Positions 44,169 through 57,815 of a DNA stretch of 64,000 nt are shown one piece after another. The notes under the pieces are model-generated. The model was not told the origin of the DNA. It made no database searches and saw nothing but the letters and a program-made list of their open reading frames with translations. Source of the DNA: Octopus vulgaris (lineage: Eukaryota); the NCBI GenBank assembly GCA_951406725.2, contig OX597834.1, positions 11,966,001 to 12,030,000 of the forward strand. The letters run 5' to 3'. Numbering within the stretch: the first letter of the stretch is position 1; each line of letters begins with the position of its first letter. The translations under genes and the position numbers were made by a program.

Positions 44169-44597
44169 TATATATGCGCATCCTTGCTGTTGTTCTTGTG
44201 TGTGTCTGTCCAAGTTCAATCACAAATTATACAGACCAACGCAATTAACTTCGGAGCATCGTGTTTGTTCCCATTTCCATGAACTACGCATTTGCATCAA
44301 AGTTCCATATTACGCGTGTGATGTGTACAACAACAATAAACCGTCTACAAGTCTTCCATACATTTTCATCTCGTCTCCCGTTTTACAATTATACTCTCTG
44401 TGAAATATCCATCATTAAATTCTCCATGCATTATCATTAACATGTTTAGTTGAATATCAAAACCAGTTACAAAACTAGTTTATCATTACGTTTCACTAAT
44501 CAAATTCTAATGATTTGTGTATTTATTTGTTTTCTAATTATAATGAAGAATTTAATGACTATTCTTGTTCTATAACTTTTTGTCGGTTAACTCTAAG

Positions 44598-44667
44598 ACT
44601 GCTGCTACTGCTGCTACTATTACTGCTGCTACTGCTACTACTGCTACAACTGCTACTGCTGCTGCTA

Positions 44668-44699
<32 letters not shown>

Positions 44700-44716
44700 A
44701 CTCCTACTACTTACTA
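44598..44716. repeat. (CTA)n/(CTG)n tract
   Basis: Directly visible. Confidence 0.95.
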
Positions 44717-44744
44717 TGAATATTGTTATTACTAGCATTATGAT

Positions 44745-45650
44745 GGTGGCGAGCTGGCAGAATCGTTAGCACGCCGGTCGGAATGTTTAGCGGCGGTATT
44801 TCGCCTGCCGCTACGTTCTCAGTTCAAATTCTGCAACGGTCGACTTAGACACTCATCCTTTCAGCGTCAATTAAATAAGTACCGGTTAGGCACTGGGGTC
44901 GATGTAATCCCCTCCTCCATGCTGCACTAGTGCCAAAAGTCTGAAATCCTTATCATTATTATTAAGTCGCCAAGCTGGCAGAATCGTTAGCACGCTGAAC
45001 TAATGCTTACCGACATTTTGTCCATCTTTATGTTTGTGTTCAAATTCTGCTGCAGTCGACTTTTCCTTTCATCCTTTCGGGGTCGATAAAATAAGCAGTA
45101 GTTGAACACTGGTATCCATGTAATCGACTCATCCTCCTCCCACTCCAAAATTCCTGCCCTTGTGCTAAAATTCGTAAGCATTATTATTATTATTATTATC
45201 GAAGCGATGAGATGGCAGAAGTCTTAGCTTGCCGGCAAAATAGTTAGCGACATTTCGTCTGCCATTACGTTGAGAGTTCAAGCTCCGAGAGATCAACATT
45301 TGCTTCTCACCTTTGAAGGGCCGATAAAATGAGTAGCAGTTGAGTACTGGATTCGATATAATGGACTGTCCCCCTCCCCAAGAATCCAGAGCTGTCCCTA
45401 TAAAAGAAAAGATTATTATCGTTTCCCTGAAGGCGGTTAGCTGCCAGAGCCACACGAAAAGCTCTGCAGTTAATTTTCTTTTTCTTTTTCGTGGCCTTAC
45501 GTTCTGAATTTAAGATTTCTAAATGTCTATTAACCTTTGGCGATCTCTCAAAAGTGTACCATTTGTGCATTGTGGTCGATGTGATCGATTAGTTCTTACC
45601 CCGTAAAATTTCAAGCTTTGCGTCTAATAGCAGCAGTGGTTATCATAAAT
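44745..45650 (+). mobile_element. head-to-tail cluster of four old family B SINEs with (ATT)n-type tails
   Basis: Heads near 44745, 44964, 45201 and 45430, each followed by the tcatcctttc..gtcgataaa core and a gtgccaaaa..tgaaa..attattatt-like tail. Confidence 0.8.
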
Positions 45651-45714
45651 ACTTTGTCATGCTGTCCAGATGTTAAATGCAACGGTGTAACTGGTATCAG
45701 TCAAGCCACAAGGA

Positions 45715-46615
45715 CCTCCTGAAGGATTTTCTGGAAGGCTGACTTTCCTAATACACCAATCGTTTCATGTAATTCCAAACCACTTTACGAAGTTATGAAA
45801 TTTCACAACTGGTGTCAATTTATAATTTACCCTCTCGCATTTTAGACACTCTTGTTATTGTCAGTTGCCTGTTGGAGAACTTCGTGACATTTTCAACAAT
45901 TTTACTCGCATTATTCAAGTCATTTAGATAACTACATCAATGGCCTGACAATATTTGTTCTTCATGTCGTTCAATACAACAATATTCGATCACCGATACT
46001 CAGTTACTGTATCAGTCTGAAAAGCATAATCTCAGAATATCTTTCCTTTTCTCCTGATATGAGTTTCCATTCTCATAACAGTTGTCTATTTCTGCATATT
46101 GGTTTCTACAAAATAAAAGTCTGGAAGTACAGACAGATTTTATCATCGCGCTTGTATTCTCTGTGCGCAAATATCTCATATCCACTAACCAAACGGTTTA
46201 CATTTTCCGCATTCTTTTCATAGATTTGACTTTCCTGCGACAAACGATTTGTAGCTGGTAAACTTCACAGAACTGGCACCAACCAAGAGCTTGTTCTAGA
46301 GCTGCAATTGTAACGCTCTAACCACTAGGCTTCAGATCTTCTCACTTAAATTATGAATATCATTTCGTCTATCGTTGACATCCTGTGCCTCTGTTCCAAA
46401 CTGACTATGCATTATTATTTTCAGAGAACCTTCTTTTCTCTTCAACTCTTTAGTTAAACTCTTACCAAAGATTTCATCTGCATTAGCACACACATCATCT
46501 GCATATCGCGACAAATCTTCAACACTATTTCCCATATACTCTGTAAGACTTGTTCTTTCAATGATTATATAATAATCCATTCGATGAGACCACTGCGCCC
46601 GTTATTTCTCTTTAT
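45715..46615 (-). mobile_element. very degenerate non-LTR RT remnant (RTE-like)
   Basis: ORF 46332-46580 contains EDLSRYADDV followed by GSLKI; a downstream frame reads LGKSAFQKI near 45720-45755. Many disablements. Confidence 0.35.
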
Positions 46616-46725
46616 GTACAATCTATTTATATTTGTTTTAGAATGTAATTTTCCCGTTTTTCTATCCAAGATTGATATTCCTTCTTCCTCATTATTATTA
46701 TTATTATTATTACTACTACTACTAG

Positions 46726-46970
46726 GGTGTTTGATTGGGAAAAATCCTTAGAGCATTGGATAAAATGCTTTGCGTTATTTTTTCGGCACTTTAAATTTGT
46801 GTTAAAATGCCACCGAGTATCTTTTGCCTTTCATCATTTCGAAGATCAAACAAAGTACGAGGGATGCCGGGGACCAATCACCAAAGCTATCTCCTTTCCC
46901 TCAAGTCCCCTGCTTAAAAAAAAAACCCAAAAAAACTCACCACTATTACTACTACTACCACCACCACCGT
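46726..46970 (+). mobile_element. degenerate old family B SINE
   Basis: aaaatgctttgcgttattttt, ttttgcctttcatcatttcgaagatc; follows an (ATT)n(ACT)n tract. Confidence 0.5.
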
Positions 46971-47368
46971 ATAATATGCATTTCTAACGATATTTCTCCA
47001 TATGACGATGACGCCTGATCAAATTTGTTTTTCAAACATTTGGGTTCGATAAGATAGAAAACCAGCCATGGAACTCAGCGAAATTAATCCCGGAATCCAC
47101 TCCCCTCTTCAAATTGTTTGCCTTGCAATTAAAATAGAAATTGCGTTTGGGTACGAATGGAATTTTTCTCCGATACACGAGGTAAAGAATTAATTTTTGC
47201 TGCTGACTCATTCTCTTTGCTTTTGACATTTTCAAATGAAAATGTCTACTAAACAAAAGCAATATGTTCATAAAGATAAAGAATAAAAAAAAATGAGACT
47301 GTCAACAAGCATCAAAAAAGAAAACCTACTCCTCGTTCGAATGAACATTTAAGTAGAAAGAGATATTG

Positions 47369-47455
47369 TTACTCTTCTACTCATTTACTTGCGTCAGTCA
47401 TTTGAATGTGGCCATGCTGGAGCACCGCCTTTAGTCGAGCAAAATCGACTCCAGT
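47369..47455 (-). mobile_element. SINE family A tail fragment
   Basis: tcagtcatttgaatgtggccatgctggagcaccgcctttagtcgagcaaaatcgac. Confidence 0.85.
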
Positions 47456-47652
47456 TTGTGCCTTTCTTTCTTTCCCTCTTACTCTCTCCCTCTCCTTTCC
47501 TTTCTTGCTTCCTTTTCTTTCTTTCTTTTCTCTCAGGAAAGAAGGAAAGAATAGAAGGAAAATAACAAGCGTTGTTATTTCTTTACGAATGCAATTAATT
47601 GGTAAAAGTGCAAAAGTTTTCGTCAAATATTTTTCAGTTATATTTTGTTTAA

Positions 47653-48668
47653 CACGTTGCCTGCCACAATATATCGATATGATCTGCTTCGATTTGCCAA
47701 AGGGTTTTATTAACTTTCTCCAATCAGAAAGCTGAAATATTTTGTATGGTGGTTTATAGGTACATAATACATCTAATTACACTACAATGACGTGATACGA
47801 GTTATCTCATAGGAAAGCAAAATGCTCAGATTGGCTTTCTATAAAGGCTTTGAGATGTTATTATTTGAGTCAGTCTCTTCATTACTTTACTTTTTTTTTT
47901 TTTTTACTTTTTTACTTGTTTCAGTCATTTGACTGCGGCCATGCTGGAGCACCGCCTTTAGTCGAGCAAATCGACCCCGGGACGTATTCTTTGTAAGCCG
48001 AGTACTTATTCTATCGGTCTCTTTTGCCGAACCGCTAAGTTACGGGGACGTAAGCATACCAGCATCGGTTGTCAAGCAATGCTAGGGGGACAAACACACA
48101 CACACACACATAAATAAATAAATATATATATATATATATATATACATATACATACATATATACGACAGGCTTCTTTCAGTTTCCGTCTACCAAATCCACT
48201 CACAAGGTTTTGGTCGGCCCAAGGCTATAGCAGAAGACACTGGCCCAAGATGCCACGCAGTGGGACTGAACCCGGAACCATGTGGTTGGTTAGCAAGCTA
48301 CTTACCACACAGCCACTCCTGCGCCTTGTATAATATTTTTTTTTGTTTCAGATTTATAAAGAACTATTATAAATTTTGATTAGTAATATATATAAGATGC
48401 CAAAAAGCATTTCCAGTGAAAAAAATTGCTGGAATGCTTCAAGTCCTCGCGGAAAATGAACTACCGGAAGATGATAACTTAGAGTTAGAGAGTTAATACT
48501 CAGATACTTTGGATAAAAATTATGTAGCAAATACCAGTGGAAGTAATACAAATGACACCAGTTCTACTGACGAAGATGAGCTCCAGGTCGTAAGAGACAA
48601 CGCATCTCTCCTGAAGCAACTGTACCAAGTTCTCCAGCACCAACGGAATGGACATCTAATATTTATAC

Positions 48669-48725
<57 letters not shown>

Positions 48726-49111
48726 GTTTATATATTTGTTGTGCAAGATTTTTTATGTGAAGTCGTGTATTGAAACAGATAGTTATATTTCGGAATGGTC
48801 ATTTTGCCAGTTTAGCCAATAAAATGGCTGACGGTTAGTAAGGGAGAGACACACAAATAAGAAAGAAAACAAAGGACCACTGATGCGGTCACAGGAGTGT
48901 GACGAAAGAACTCTGGCCGAAATAAGATTAAGATTAATGTATAAAATAAATAACACTGAGGCAAAATAACACCATATATATAGTGTTAGTTCTTGACGCC
49001 AGTTCATTTTAAGTGTGTTACAATAAAATAGACCTCTATGAGTATTCTCGTACCTGGCAAAATTGTATAGATTGTCAACTACGAGATAACTCGTAGTTGG
49101 CAGTCAACGTG
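47653..49111 (+). mobile_element. non-autonomous piggyBac-like DNA transposon
   Basis: TTAA at 47649-47652 and 49112-49115; TIRs cacgttgcctgcca and tggcagtcaacgtg (13/14 complementary); repeated subterminal tacgag..a.ctcgta motifs; disrupted acidic N-terminus-like frame at ~48398-48600. Confidence 0.75.
47885..48326 (-). mobile_element. SINE family A, full length, nested in the piggyBac-like element
   Basis: Near-identical to the 24951-25355 copy. Confidence 0.92.
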
Positions 49112-49264
49112 TTAATACCTCTATGATTTTCATTGATTAGATATTTTCTTGAGCCTTACCCGTCCTCTATCGGCTATTAGTGACTGAAATGAGGACGATT
49201 TCTCTTGAGTTTGACGTCGGTTAGTTGCAAGTTTCAAAGCAGGAACTTATCTGGATTCAATGTG

Positions 49265-49405
49265 AGCGACTCCAGAATTTGACTAATATTTATCTTAACG
49301 ACCCCGAATCAGAAGGGATTAAACATCAGTGGGGTTTGAACTCAGGACGCAAGAAGAAACGCTGATCAGTATTTTATCCGGGGTGTTAATGATTCTGCCT
49401 AATTA
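49265..49405 (-). mobile_element. degenerate old family B SINE
   Basis: cgaccccgaa, tttgaactcaggacg, gtattttatccggggtgttaatgattctgcc. Confidence 0.5.
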
Positions 49406-50102
49406 CTGGTTTCAAATTTCCGTGCACTTTTACATATACATCCAAATTCAAAAAAATTCATTTAGTAACGCTACTTAAATTTGGTTGGTAAGTGGTTTAG
49501 AAAAACTAAAACTACACATTATCATTTGACGTTGGACATTGTTCATACGCAGAAAAATGTGTGTCTCGTACGACGGAGCGTCGAAGACAAGCCCTTGTGT
49601 TAATCAAATGAAGACGTGGTCGACGTTGAGTGCCATTATTCAAGTTTCGATAAACTATAACACCAGTCAATAACACGAATTTATAGTGTCTATATATAAC
49701 TAATTGTTCTCTCCAGTCTAACCTGGCAAAAGTGTGGCCTGGTGTCTAATTTAGAAATCATTATATATGATTATATCAATCATACTGAAGCCGTTGCAAT
49801 TGTTGTTATTTTAATTTCCAATAAAATTACTGGACAGACAAATGTGAAACTCTGCCAAATGGGAATCATTGCTAAATATATATAACTTAGTATTTTTAAT
49901 ATTTTAAACTTTGAAAGAAAATGCTGACAGAAGCATTCAGCTCACAGTGATACAGCTTTTACTTGCCGCTCCATAATTTTAGGTCTGTGACCTCTATAAA
50001 CAGTTGTCGCGGTAGGTACAAGCACCCTTAGTTGAACTTTCTTAAGAATAACTGACACGAAGATTTAAGGACAAGGAAAGTAAACCAATTATATATATAT
50101 AT

Positions 50103-50153
<51 letters not shown>

Positions 50154-50424
50154 TATATATATATATATACATACATATATATATATACACACATATATAT
50201 ATACACACACATATATATATACACACACATATATATATATACACACATATATATATATACACACATATATATATATACACACATATATATATATATACAC
50301 ATATATATATATATATATATATACATATATACACACATATATATATATATACACACACATATATATATATACATATATATATATATGTATATATATATAT
50401 GTGTGTGTATGTGTGTGTGTGTTT

Positions 50425-50677
50425 GGAGGCGCGTGGCTTAGTGGTTAGGGTCTCAGCACCATGATCGTAAGGTTGTGGTTTCGATTCCTAGACCGCGCCA
50501 CGCGTTGAGTTCTTGAGCAAAACACTTTATTTCACGTTGCTCCAGTTCACTCAGCTGGCAAAAATGAGTAACGTTCCGATGGACTGGCGTTCCGTCCAGC
50601 TGGGGAACACATACGCCAGAGAAACCGGGAAACCGGGCCCTTGAGTCTGGTTAGTCTTTAAAAGGGCGCATTTATTT
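50425..50677 (+). mobile_element. tRNA-derived SINE family C (family E head and CORE-like segment plus V-domain-like 3' part)
   Basis: A box tggcttagtgg, B box gtttcgattcc, cttgagcaaaacactttatttcacgttgctccag, then cgatggactggcgttccgtccag. Confidence 0.85.
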
Positions 50678-50700
50678 GTCATATATATATATATATACAC

Positions 50701-50762
<62 letters not shown>

Positions 50763-50835
50763 GTGAATAGAAAATCATCACTAAATCTCTAAACGAGAGA
50801 CGTTCAGTAACAGTATTCTAGTGTAAAGATTATTG

Positions 50836-50978
50836 GCCATCGACCGGAGACACTGGTTCTGAAAGAGTAGATTTGTCAGAGTTGTTGAGATGCAAGAGAA
50901 ATTGGTTCTACAATTTCTGTATGCCCTTTCATATTTAAGGTCAAGAACTGTCCAAGTTTAGTACAATTTTCATGCTTC

Positions 50979-51028
<50 letters not shown>

Positions 51029-52520
51029 AATTAGAGATAAAACCACTATTAGGCAAATCAAACAGTGAAAAATATAAACCAAAACATAGAAATAAAAATA
51101 ATTAATATAATATACAAAATATAAAATTTTAATTATTTAAATTTAAAGTTAAAAATTTAAAATTATTAATTTATATTTATAAATTTTTATATATATATAT
51201 AAAATATTTATTTATTTATTTTATTATTTTTTTTATATACATACATTATCGACTTATATACACCAACGTTCACACTTACACATAGGCATAAGAAGGTCCT
51301 TAGCAACGTAAGATTTTTCTTTATATTTGTTATGTACTCTGGAGTGAAGATCCTCAGTATTTGGCTGGTATTATTTTATCGAACCGTACCATTTTATATA
51401 TTGCTTATGAAAGATTTTTGCTCCGCTCTAGTATCTTCTTTTTCCTATATATATATTTTCAATTTCATTGAATCGATTTTATAACTCCCATTACCGATTC
51501 GTCCTTATGTACTCTGAATACGTAACTTTTTGCGTGTTTTTTGTGTCTCATTTGATGTTTCTGATATTTCTGTCGATATTAGCTAATTTCCCAGTTGGAC
51601 ATCTCTGTCGCATTCACTAGTTCACCAGCATTAATTACCATGGTTACGTTCAAGTAGAATATGCACTCGCTTTCCTCTTTCAATTATATTTTATATATTT
51701 TTTTTATACATTTATTTTAGATTTCTTCATTTTGTTTCTGTCTTTATCGTATTTTATCTCTATCGCCCGTTTCTGCATCAATGATCAACAAACAATACTT
51801 CAGAAAGATCAACAAATGAATATTTTTTTTGCCTTTGTGTTTCTCAACTTCATTTTTTTTTCCTTTCTTTCCGTGTCCTAACATTTCTCTGTTTCAATCG
51901 TTACTGTTGAACAAACATTACTTGTTCCGCTTGTAATTCTATTCACAGAACAATTGACAAGATTATGTAACAAAGCCTTCGTGGATATTTTTAAATACAT
52001 CATAGTATTGTTTTAACGTACCTAAGCTTTTATTTTGTTTTCCGGACAAACAGATGCATATTGTAGTCAATACATACATACATACATACATACATATATG
52101 TAATAACATATGTACAGCTCTATAGTAATATAATGGCCGTCTTCTTTCTCTACGTCTACGTCGTACATTTGTCCTTTGTGCTAATATAAATTACTGTCTT
52201 TCACTTCACTTCATTGATATTTACATTTATTCATTATAATATTCTTCAATAGCTTCATGTTGTGTTTGTCTCACAATTTGCTTCGGGCTGCTGCTGTATT
52301 CTATTAAATTCTGCGTTTATAATTACATCATATACAATGCGTTCTCCGTTTCCATAGACACGTTTTTGATGTAATTGCCATCGACCAGAGACACTGGTTT
52401 GAAAGGAGTAGATTTATTAGAGATGCAGAAATGTGAGCGAAATTGATTCCGAAGGTTTTGTACGCCCTTTCGTATATAAGGCCAAGAACTGTCTAAGTCC
52501 GGTACAATTTTTATGCTTTC
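50836..52520 (+). repeat. pair of diverged ~143-bp direct repeats (50836-50978 and 52377-52520)
   Basis: gccatcgacc(g/a)gagacactggtt...agtagattt...gccctttc.tat.taagg.caagaactgtc.aagt...gtacaatttt.atgctt in both copies. Confidence 0.8.
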
Positions 52521-54514
52521 ATACGTATCACTCGTCATATGAAAATAATGATGCTTATAGGATGTTGAAACAGTAAAGTTTGAATAGGGAAAAGGGTCTA
52601 ACAAATAATCCCGTTAAACAGAATTAAGATGGTTTGATAACAATATATCCCCGACACCATAGAAGAGAAATAATTATATATACGGAAAAAAAAAAAAAAG
52701 GAAACAATTTAACCATGAGTAAGTGCAGTTCTTGTTGCGGTTTGGCGGCTTGAGTTCCCATGCTGGACAGGTCAGAGGTAGAGGATAGTGTATTAAATAA
52801 ACCTGTTCCCAGAGCGGCCAAAATGGTTTTGGATAGGTCAAACACGGCTTTATATAAAAAAAAAGTTTAGACGAAATTACAGAATAACCGGTGCTGATTT
52901 AAAAACCAACAGACATTGGAGAAGGCTTTCTCTTAATGGAAAATAAGACACAGTGCAGAAAATCCTAATGAAAGATGCGAGGTGTCAGAGCTGAAAATGT
53001 AGGGGGTCAAGCCAGGAAGAAATAGAAAGACAATCTTAGAGCAGAGAATAGTGGAGACAAATCGTTGAGGCCTATGAATCTTGATAACTCTATTTAAGGG
53101 GGTAGCTTGGAAAATGAGCATTATTAAGTAATTGTAAATTTGAAAACTCCGGTACATACGTAATGAAATACACTGAAAACCCTAGAAATTAACACATTAT
53201 TAATTTTCTAATCAGTGAAGACATTAAAGTATATTTAAAACAGTTGAACATGAAAGCAAGGTATACTAAGGTAGTAATTAATTGATCTTTACCAGGTATA
53301 AATATATTTACGTTTATTCTGTTTGAAAATTCTACATATGTTGACGTCTGTAGATCTTTTCCTTGATACAAATGAAGGTCTATTTAAAATACATGATTTG
53401 ACGCCACTGAAACTTTGTGGTTGCTGGTGTATTTGTTGGTGTTGATGATGACGATGTTGTTGATGACGATGTTCTATCCCGATATTTTTCAGGTTTTCTC
53501 TGTCTAGAAGTAAGTTACCCAATGAATACATATTCTTTTCTACTCTACGTACAAGGCCACGAAATGATAGCTAAAACTGTGCTCTAAATGGAGGTGTAGT
53601 CAAATCCTATTTCATGGACTCAACCATGTTCTAAAATAAGGCGAAATGTAAGCTACTATAAATCGGCACGAACTTTCAGGACAACCCACTACATTAGAGT
53701 AAAGTGTATTTTGAGGGATATTTGGCTGCTACATTTAGTAGTACGTCCACGTATATCGGAGTCCTTTCAAAGTAGATTTTCTATTACCTGTTAATCCACA
53801 TTCTGCATTATGCGCCATATTAATAGCTTTCTTAAAATGCTTTACTAATACAATACATTTACCATGGAAATACTTACGTATTATATATACACAAAGTACG
53901 GTACATGTCATTTTAAACTCTATATTCTTTCATACAGGCTCGTCTTACAAAATTAATGGGAATGTCAAGATATGTAACATCTAAACATGTCTCCTTCTAA
54001 ATATAGGGTATGCGTCGCTACGTACACCGAACGAATTACACAAAAGCTTTTAAATAATAATTCCATTATACGTGGTTATTTACGTATATAACGTATGTGG
54101 TCGGCCATTAATATGTCAGTGCATCTAAACGTTTGTGAATGTGTAATAACGTGTTGCATAAGATAACAATTGAATAAAGTTGCATTTCTACAGCCATAGA
54201 AACTAATGAGAGAGGAATGGAGACGTGAGTAGATGTAATGTGTAATCTATGCTTGTATTCAAAATATCACAACGTATGGGAGATGCCAAGTTGTAAACAA
54301 TCTATCATTCTATCATCAGGAGAAAATGACCCCCGTATCAGATCTGTTCTCTTTAGGCATGGAAAATGTAGGCATCGAGAAACAACACATACAGACTCGT
54401 ATGGATACAAATCTTATGTTCTCTGTCACTTTCTATCCCCCCTCTGTCTAGATATATATATATATATATATATAAACATACATACTTCCTATCTCCCTCT
54501 CTCTACCTACATTA

Positions 54515-54545
<31 letters not shown>

Positions 54546-54602
54546 TATATATGTATATGTATGTATATAAATTTATACAATATATATACAATCATATATA
54601 TG

Positions 54603-54639
<37 letters not shown>

Positions 54640-54641
<2 letters not shown>

Positions 54642-55030
54642 GCAATATAGCCCGGCGTTGCTCGGATATGTTTTCTTTTCGACCCTTTAGAATTAGAATT
54701 TTTGAAACCTAAAAATTCTGCATTATGTAGCTAGATATTCTCTTTATGTGAACATTTTTCTGATTGAAATACACCGAAAAATGGCAACACAGCAGTCAAA
54801 ATATTGTAAAAAAAGGGGCTTTTCATAGAAAAACCCCACCTTTTTGATGTAAATAATTTTTGGTGTTAAACTGGTCCGATTCGAATTCTTTCTTCTACGG
54901 AACGAAGAGCAAGCCTTCTTCTATCATACTCTCAATTTTGGTTAACTTGCGGCGCAGGGTCTCTGGGGAGATAGTGTTAGTTGTAGGCTACGAAACCTGC
55001 TACACACAGACAACTTCAGTTTTATATATA
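54640..55030 (-). mobile_element. non-autonomous Helitron-like element
   Basis: Minus strand starts tatatataaaactgaagttgtctgtgtgt and ends with the hairpin ccgagcaacgccggg; the terminal CTAG is eroded. Confidence 0.65.
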
Positions 55031-56104
55031 AATATATACATGTATATATGCATGTATATATGCATATGTGTGTGTGTGTATGTTGGTGTGTGTGTGTGTG
55101 TGTGTTCGTGTGCGCATGTGTTTGTTAGTGTCTGTGTGCGTATGCCTGCGTACCTTTGCAGCTGAGATCTTTGCCGTTGTTATTCGCAATCCAAAATGTT
55201 TGTTGGAATATACAACGATTTAACTTCGTTTATCATTTCCTAAAGACAGAAACTCGGCATTCCTAAGCGCGATTCGTGTAACATCAAAGTTTTCACAGCT
55301 GAGAGAAGAAACATCGGCAGCAACAATGGAATGGCTGCCTATTGCGCGGCTGCGAAAAGATGAAAGGGCATCCTGATCTATCTGTGTCATATAGAGCCTG
55401 AAGTATTTACAATAAATCAATCCTTCATCGCTCTGATGACTCTGCAAATGGACCTTATACATGCATATACATGTAGATAGATACACAGAGAAATATACAG
55501 AAACACTTACAGAAACACACAGACAGACAGACACACACACGCACATATATACTCACACACTGATATATACAAGAAAAGCACATAGGCATATACGCTCATT
55601 TAAGGGCTGCGTGAGTTTATGGAAGAATGCAAAGATGCAAATATTATATAAACACAATCACACGTGTTAGTATGTATTTTCATGCCTAAATCACTCTGTG
55701 CTCCTCGTAAACATATTTAAATAGGAAGGGAACCGCTTCCCTGCAGAATGTTTGCAATGCCTGTAAAATGCTAACGTTGGATGTTTATATATATATATAT
55801 ATATATATATCATCGTGCAAGACGTTTTCTGAAGAGCAATATGTTAGGTTAACGCAGCATATGTAACGTGCGTTAAACCCGGCATAAATTACATATATAT
55901 GTATGTATGTATATATAAATATATGTGTATATATATATACATTTATATACGAGTAATACGAGCATGTATATATATATATATATATACACACACATATATA
56001 TAAACGTATATATGTATGTGTGTATCAATATGTAGTTGTTAATATATGTACACGTACATACATGCATACAAAAGTGAGCACAAACTCGACAAGCACAGGC
56101 AATG

Positions 56105-56145
<41 letters not shown>

Positions 56146-56321
56146 CATACACACACATTCAGACATACACACACTCGCACACACATACATATCAATATAT
56201 ATATACATTTTATATTTATGTTTAAAACAAATATATTTTCATATATACAGAGAAAAGTGTGTGTTTTCCTAATTGTGTGATAGTTTGCACGTGTGTTTGT
56301 AAGTAACGTGTATTTCGTTTA

Positions 56322-56356
<35 letters not shown>

Positions 56357-56832
56357 CGCAAGCTTTTTGCAACTATAAAATAAGAGTTTACTTATAACGA
56401 CCATATGAATATTCCAAGAAATGTTTTATTACCTTCCATCTTTGCGCGATAACTGCTCTCAAGACAAAAGATTTATAAACATTTCTGCAATGCTTGCATC
56501 ATTTTCTATTGAACATGGCAAGCATTTCTTTGAAAGGAGTCCATCAGCTGGTTTATAAAATCTCTGTTTTATTGCAGTACAGCGATTAACTAAACCTAAA
56601 CATGCACAATATGTTTTTATCCGAAAACACATGCGTTCGTGAAGGGAGACATTATAAACCAAATACACGCATAAAAAAAAACGAACGGCAAAGCAAAATT
56701 CCTGCTTGTATAGTAATAGCATGTATAAACTTACTGATATACATATCTACGTATATGTATGTGTGTATAGCTATCAATATGTCTATTTATCTATCCAGCT
56801 ATCTACTATCTGTGTATCTCTCTCTCTCTCTA

Positions 56833-56889
<57 letters not shown>

Positions 56890-56920
56890 CCATCTATCTT
56901 TCTATGTATCTATCTATCCA

Positions 56921-56953
<33 letters not shown>

Positions 56954-56989
56954 CTCATCTACCTTTCTATGTATCTATCTATCCATCCA

Positions 56990-57050
<61 letters not shown>

Positions 57051-57815
57051 CCATCCACCTTTCTATGTATCTATCTATCCATCTCTCTCTCTCTCTCTCT
57101 CTCTTATATATATATATATATATATACATACATACATACACTCTCACACAAGCGTGTATGTATATTAGTTTGTGTATGCGTGTGTATGAGTATTTGCGTG
57201 TATGTGTTTGTGTGTGTGTGTGTGTGTAGAAAAGCGTACATAGATTTATATACAAATAAACAAATAAACACGCAATCTTCTATTTGAATTTAATGTATTT
57301 CTGTACTCTGAAGCATAAACTTGGAGGAGCAGAGATAGAGGGCAGTGAAAGGAATGAGAGTAGAGAAGATAATAGGAGAGAGACAGTGAGAAAGAGAGAT
57401 AAACATAACACATAGAAACAGAGAGTGAGTATGAGAAAGACATACACAGAGAAAAGGTTCGTGATATGGTAATATGGAGATGAAATTTCTACACTCAGTA
57501 AATGATCCGTTCGGTGAAGGAAGGAAATATCCTACAAAATTCAGCAAAATTTTTAAAATTGCGTTTTTCATCTTAAACGTATATTTCAAATAACTTCCTT
57601 TTTGCCATTCATCTGCGAAATAAAAGAGCTTAATCCACACCCTTTTACATTGAATTTGAATTTAGATTTTCAATAACAGACGAGAGAAGGATGGGTACAT
57701 AAGACAGCAAGCGTTTCGGAGAGACATAGAGCCGCCGAAACGATCGAATCTACAACCTAGCTTGTTAAAATATAATGAAAATCTCCAGTTGTTTCCATAT
57801 TTCAATATATCAATA

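Noticed and set aside
50425-50495. tRNA gene calls for the SINE heads
   Set aside because: A/B boxes are present, but there is no closed acceptor stem and each continues into a SINE body.
52720-53090. Possible RTE 5' UTR-like and C-terminal remnants
   Set aside because: The resemblance rests on vague recall; no continuous motif could be shown.
57709-57741. Inverted repeat cgtttcgg/ccgaaacg with gaaacgatcg, hammerhead-like 3' half
   Set aside because: No CUGANGA core or stem I found upstream.
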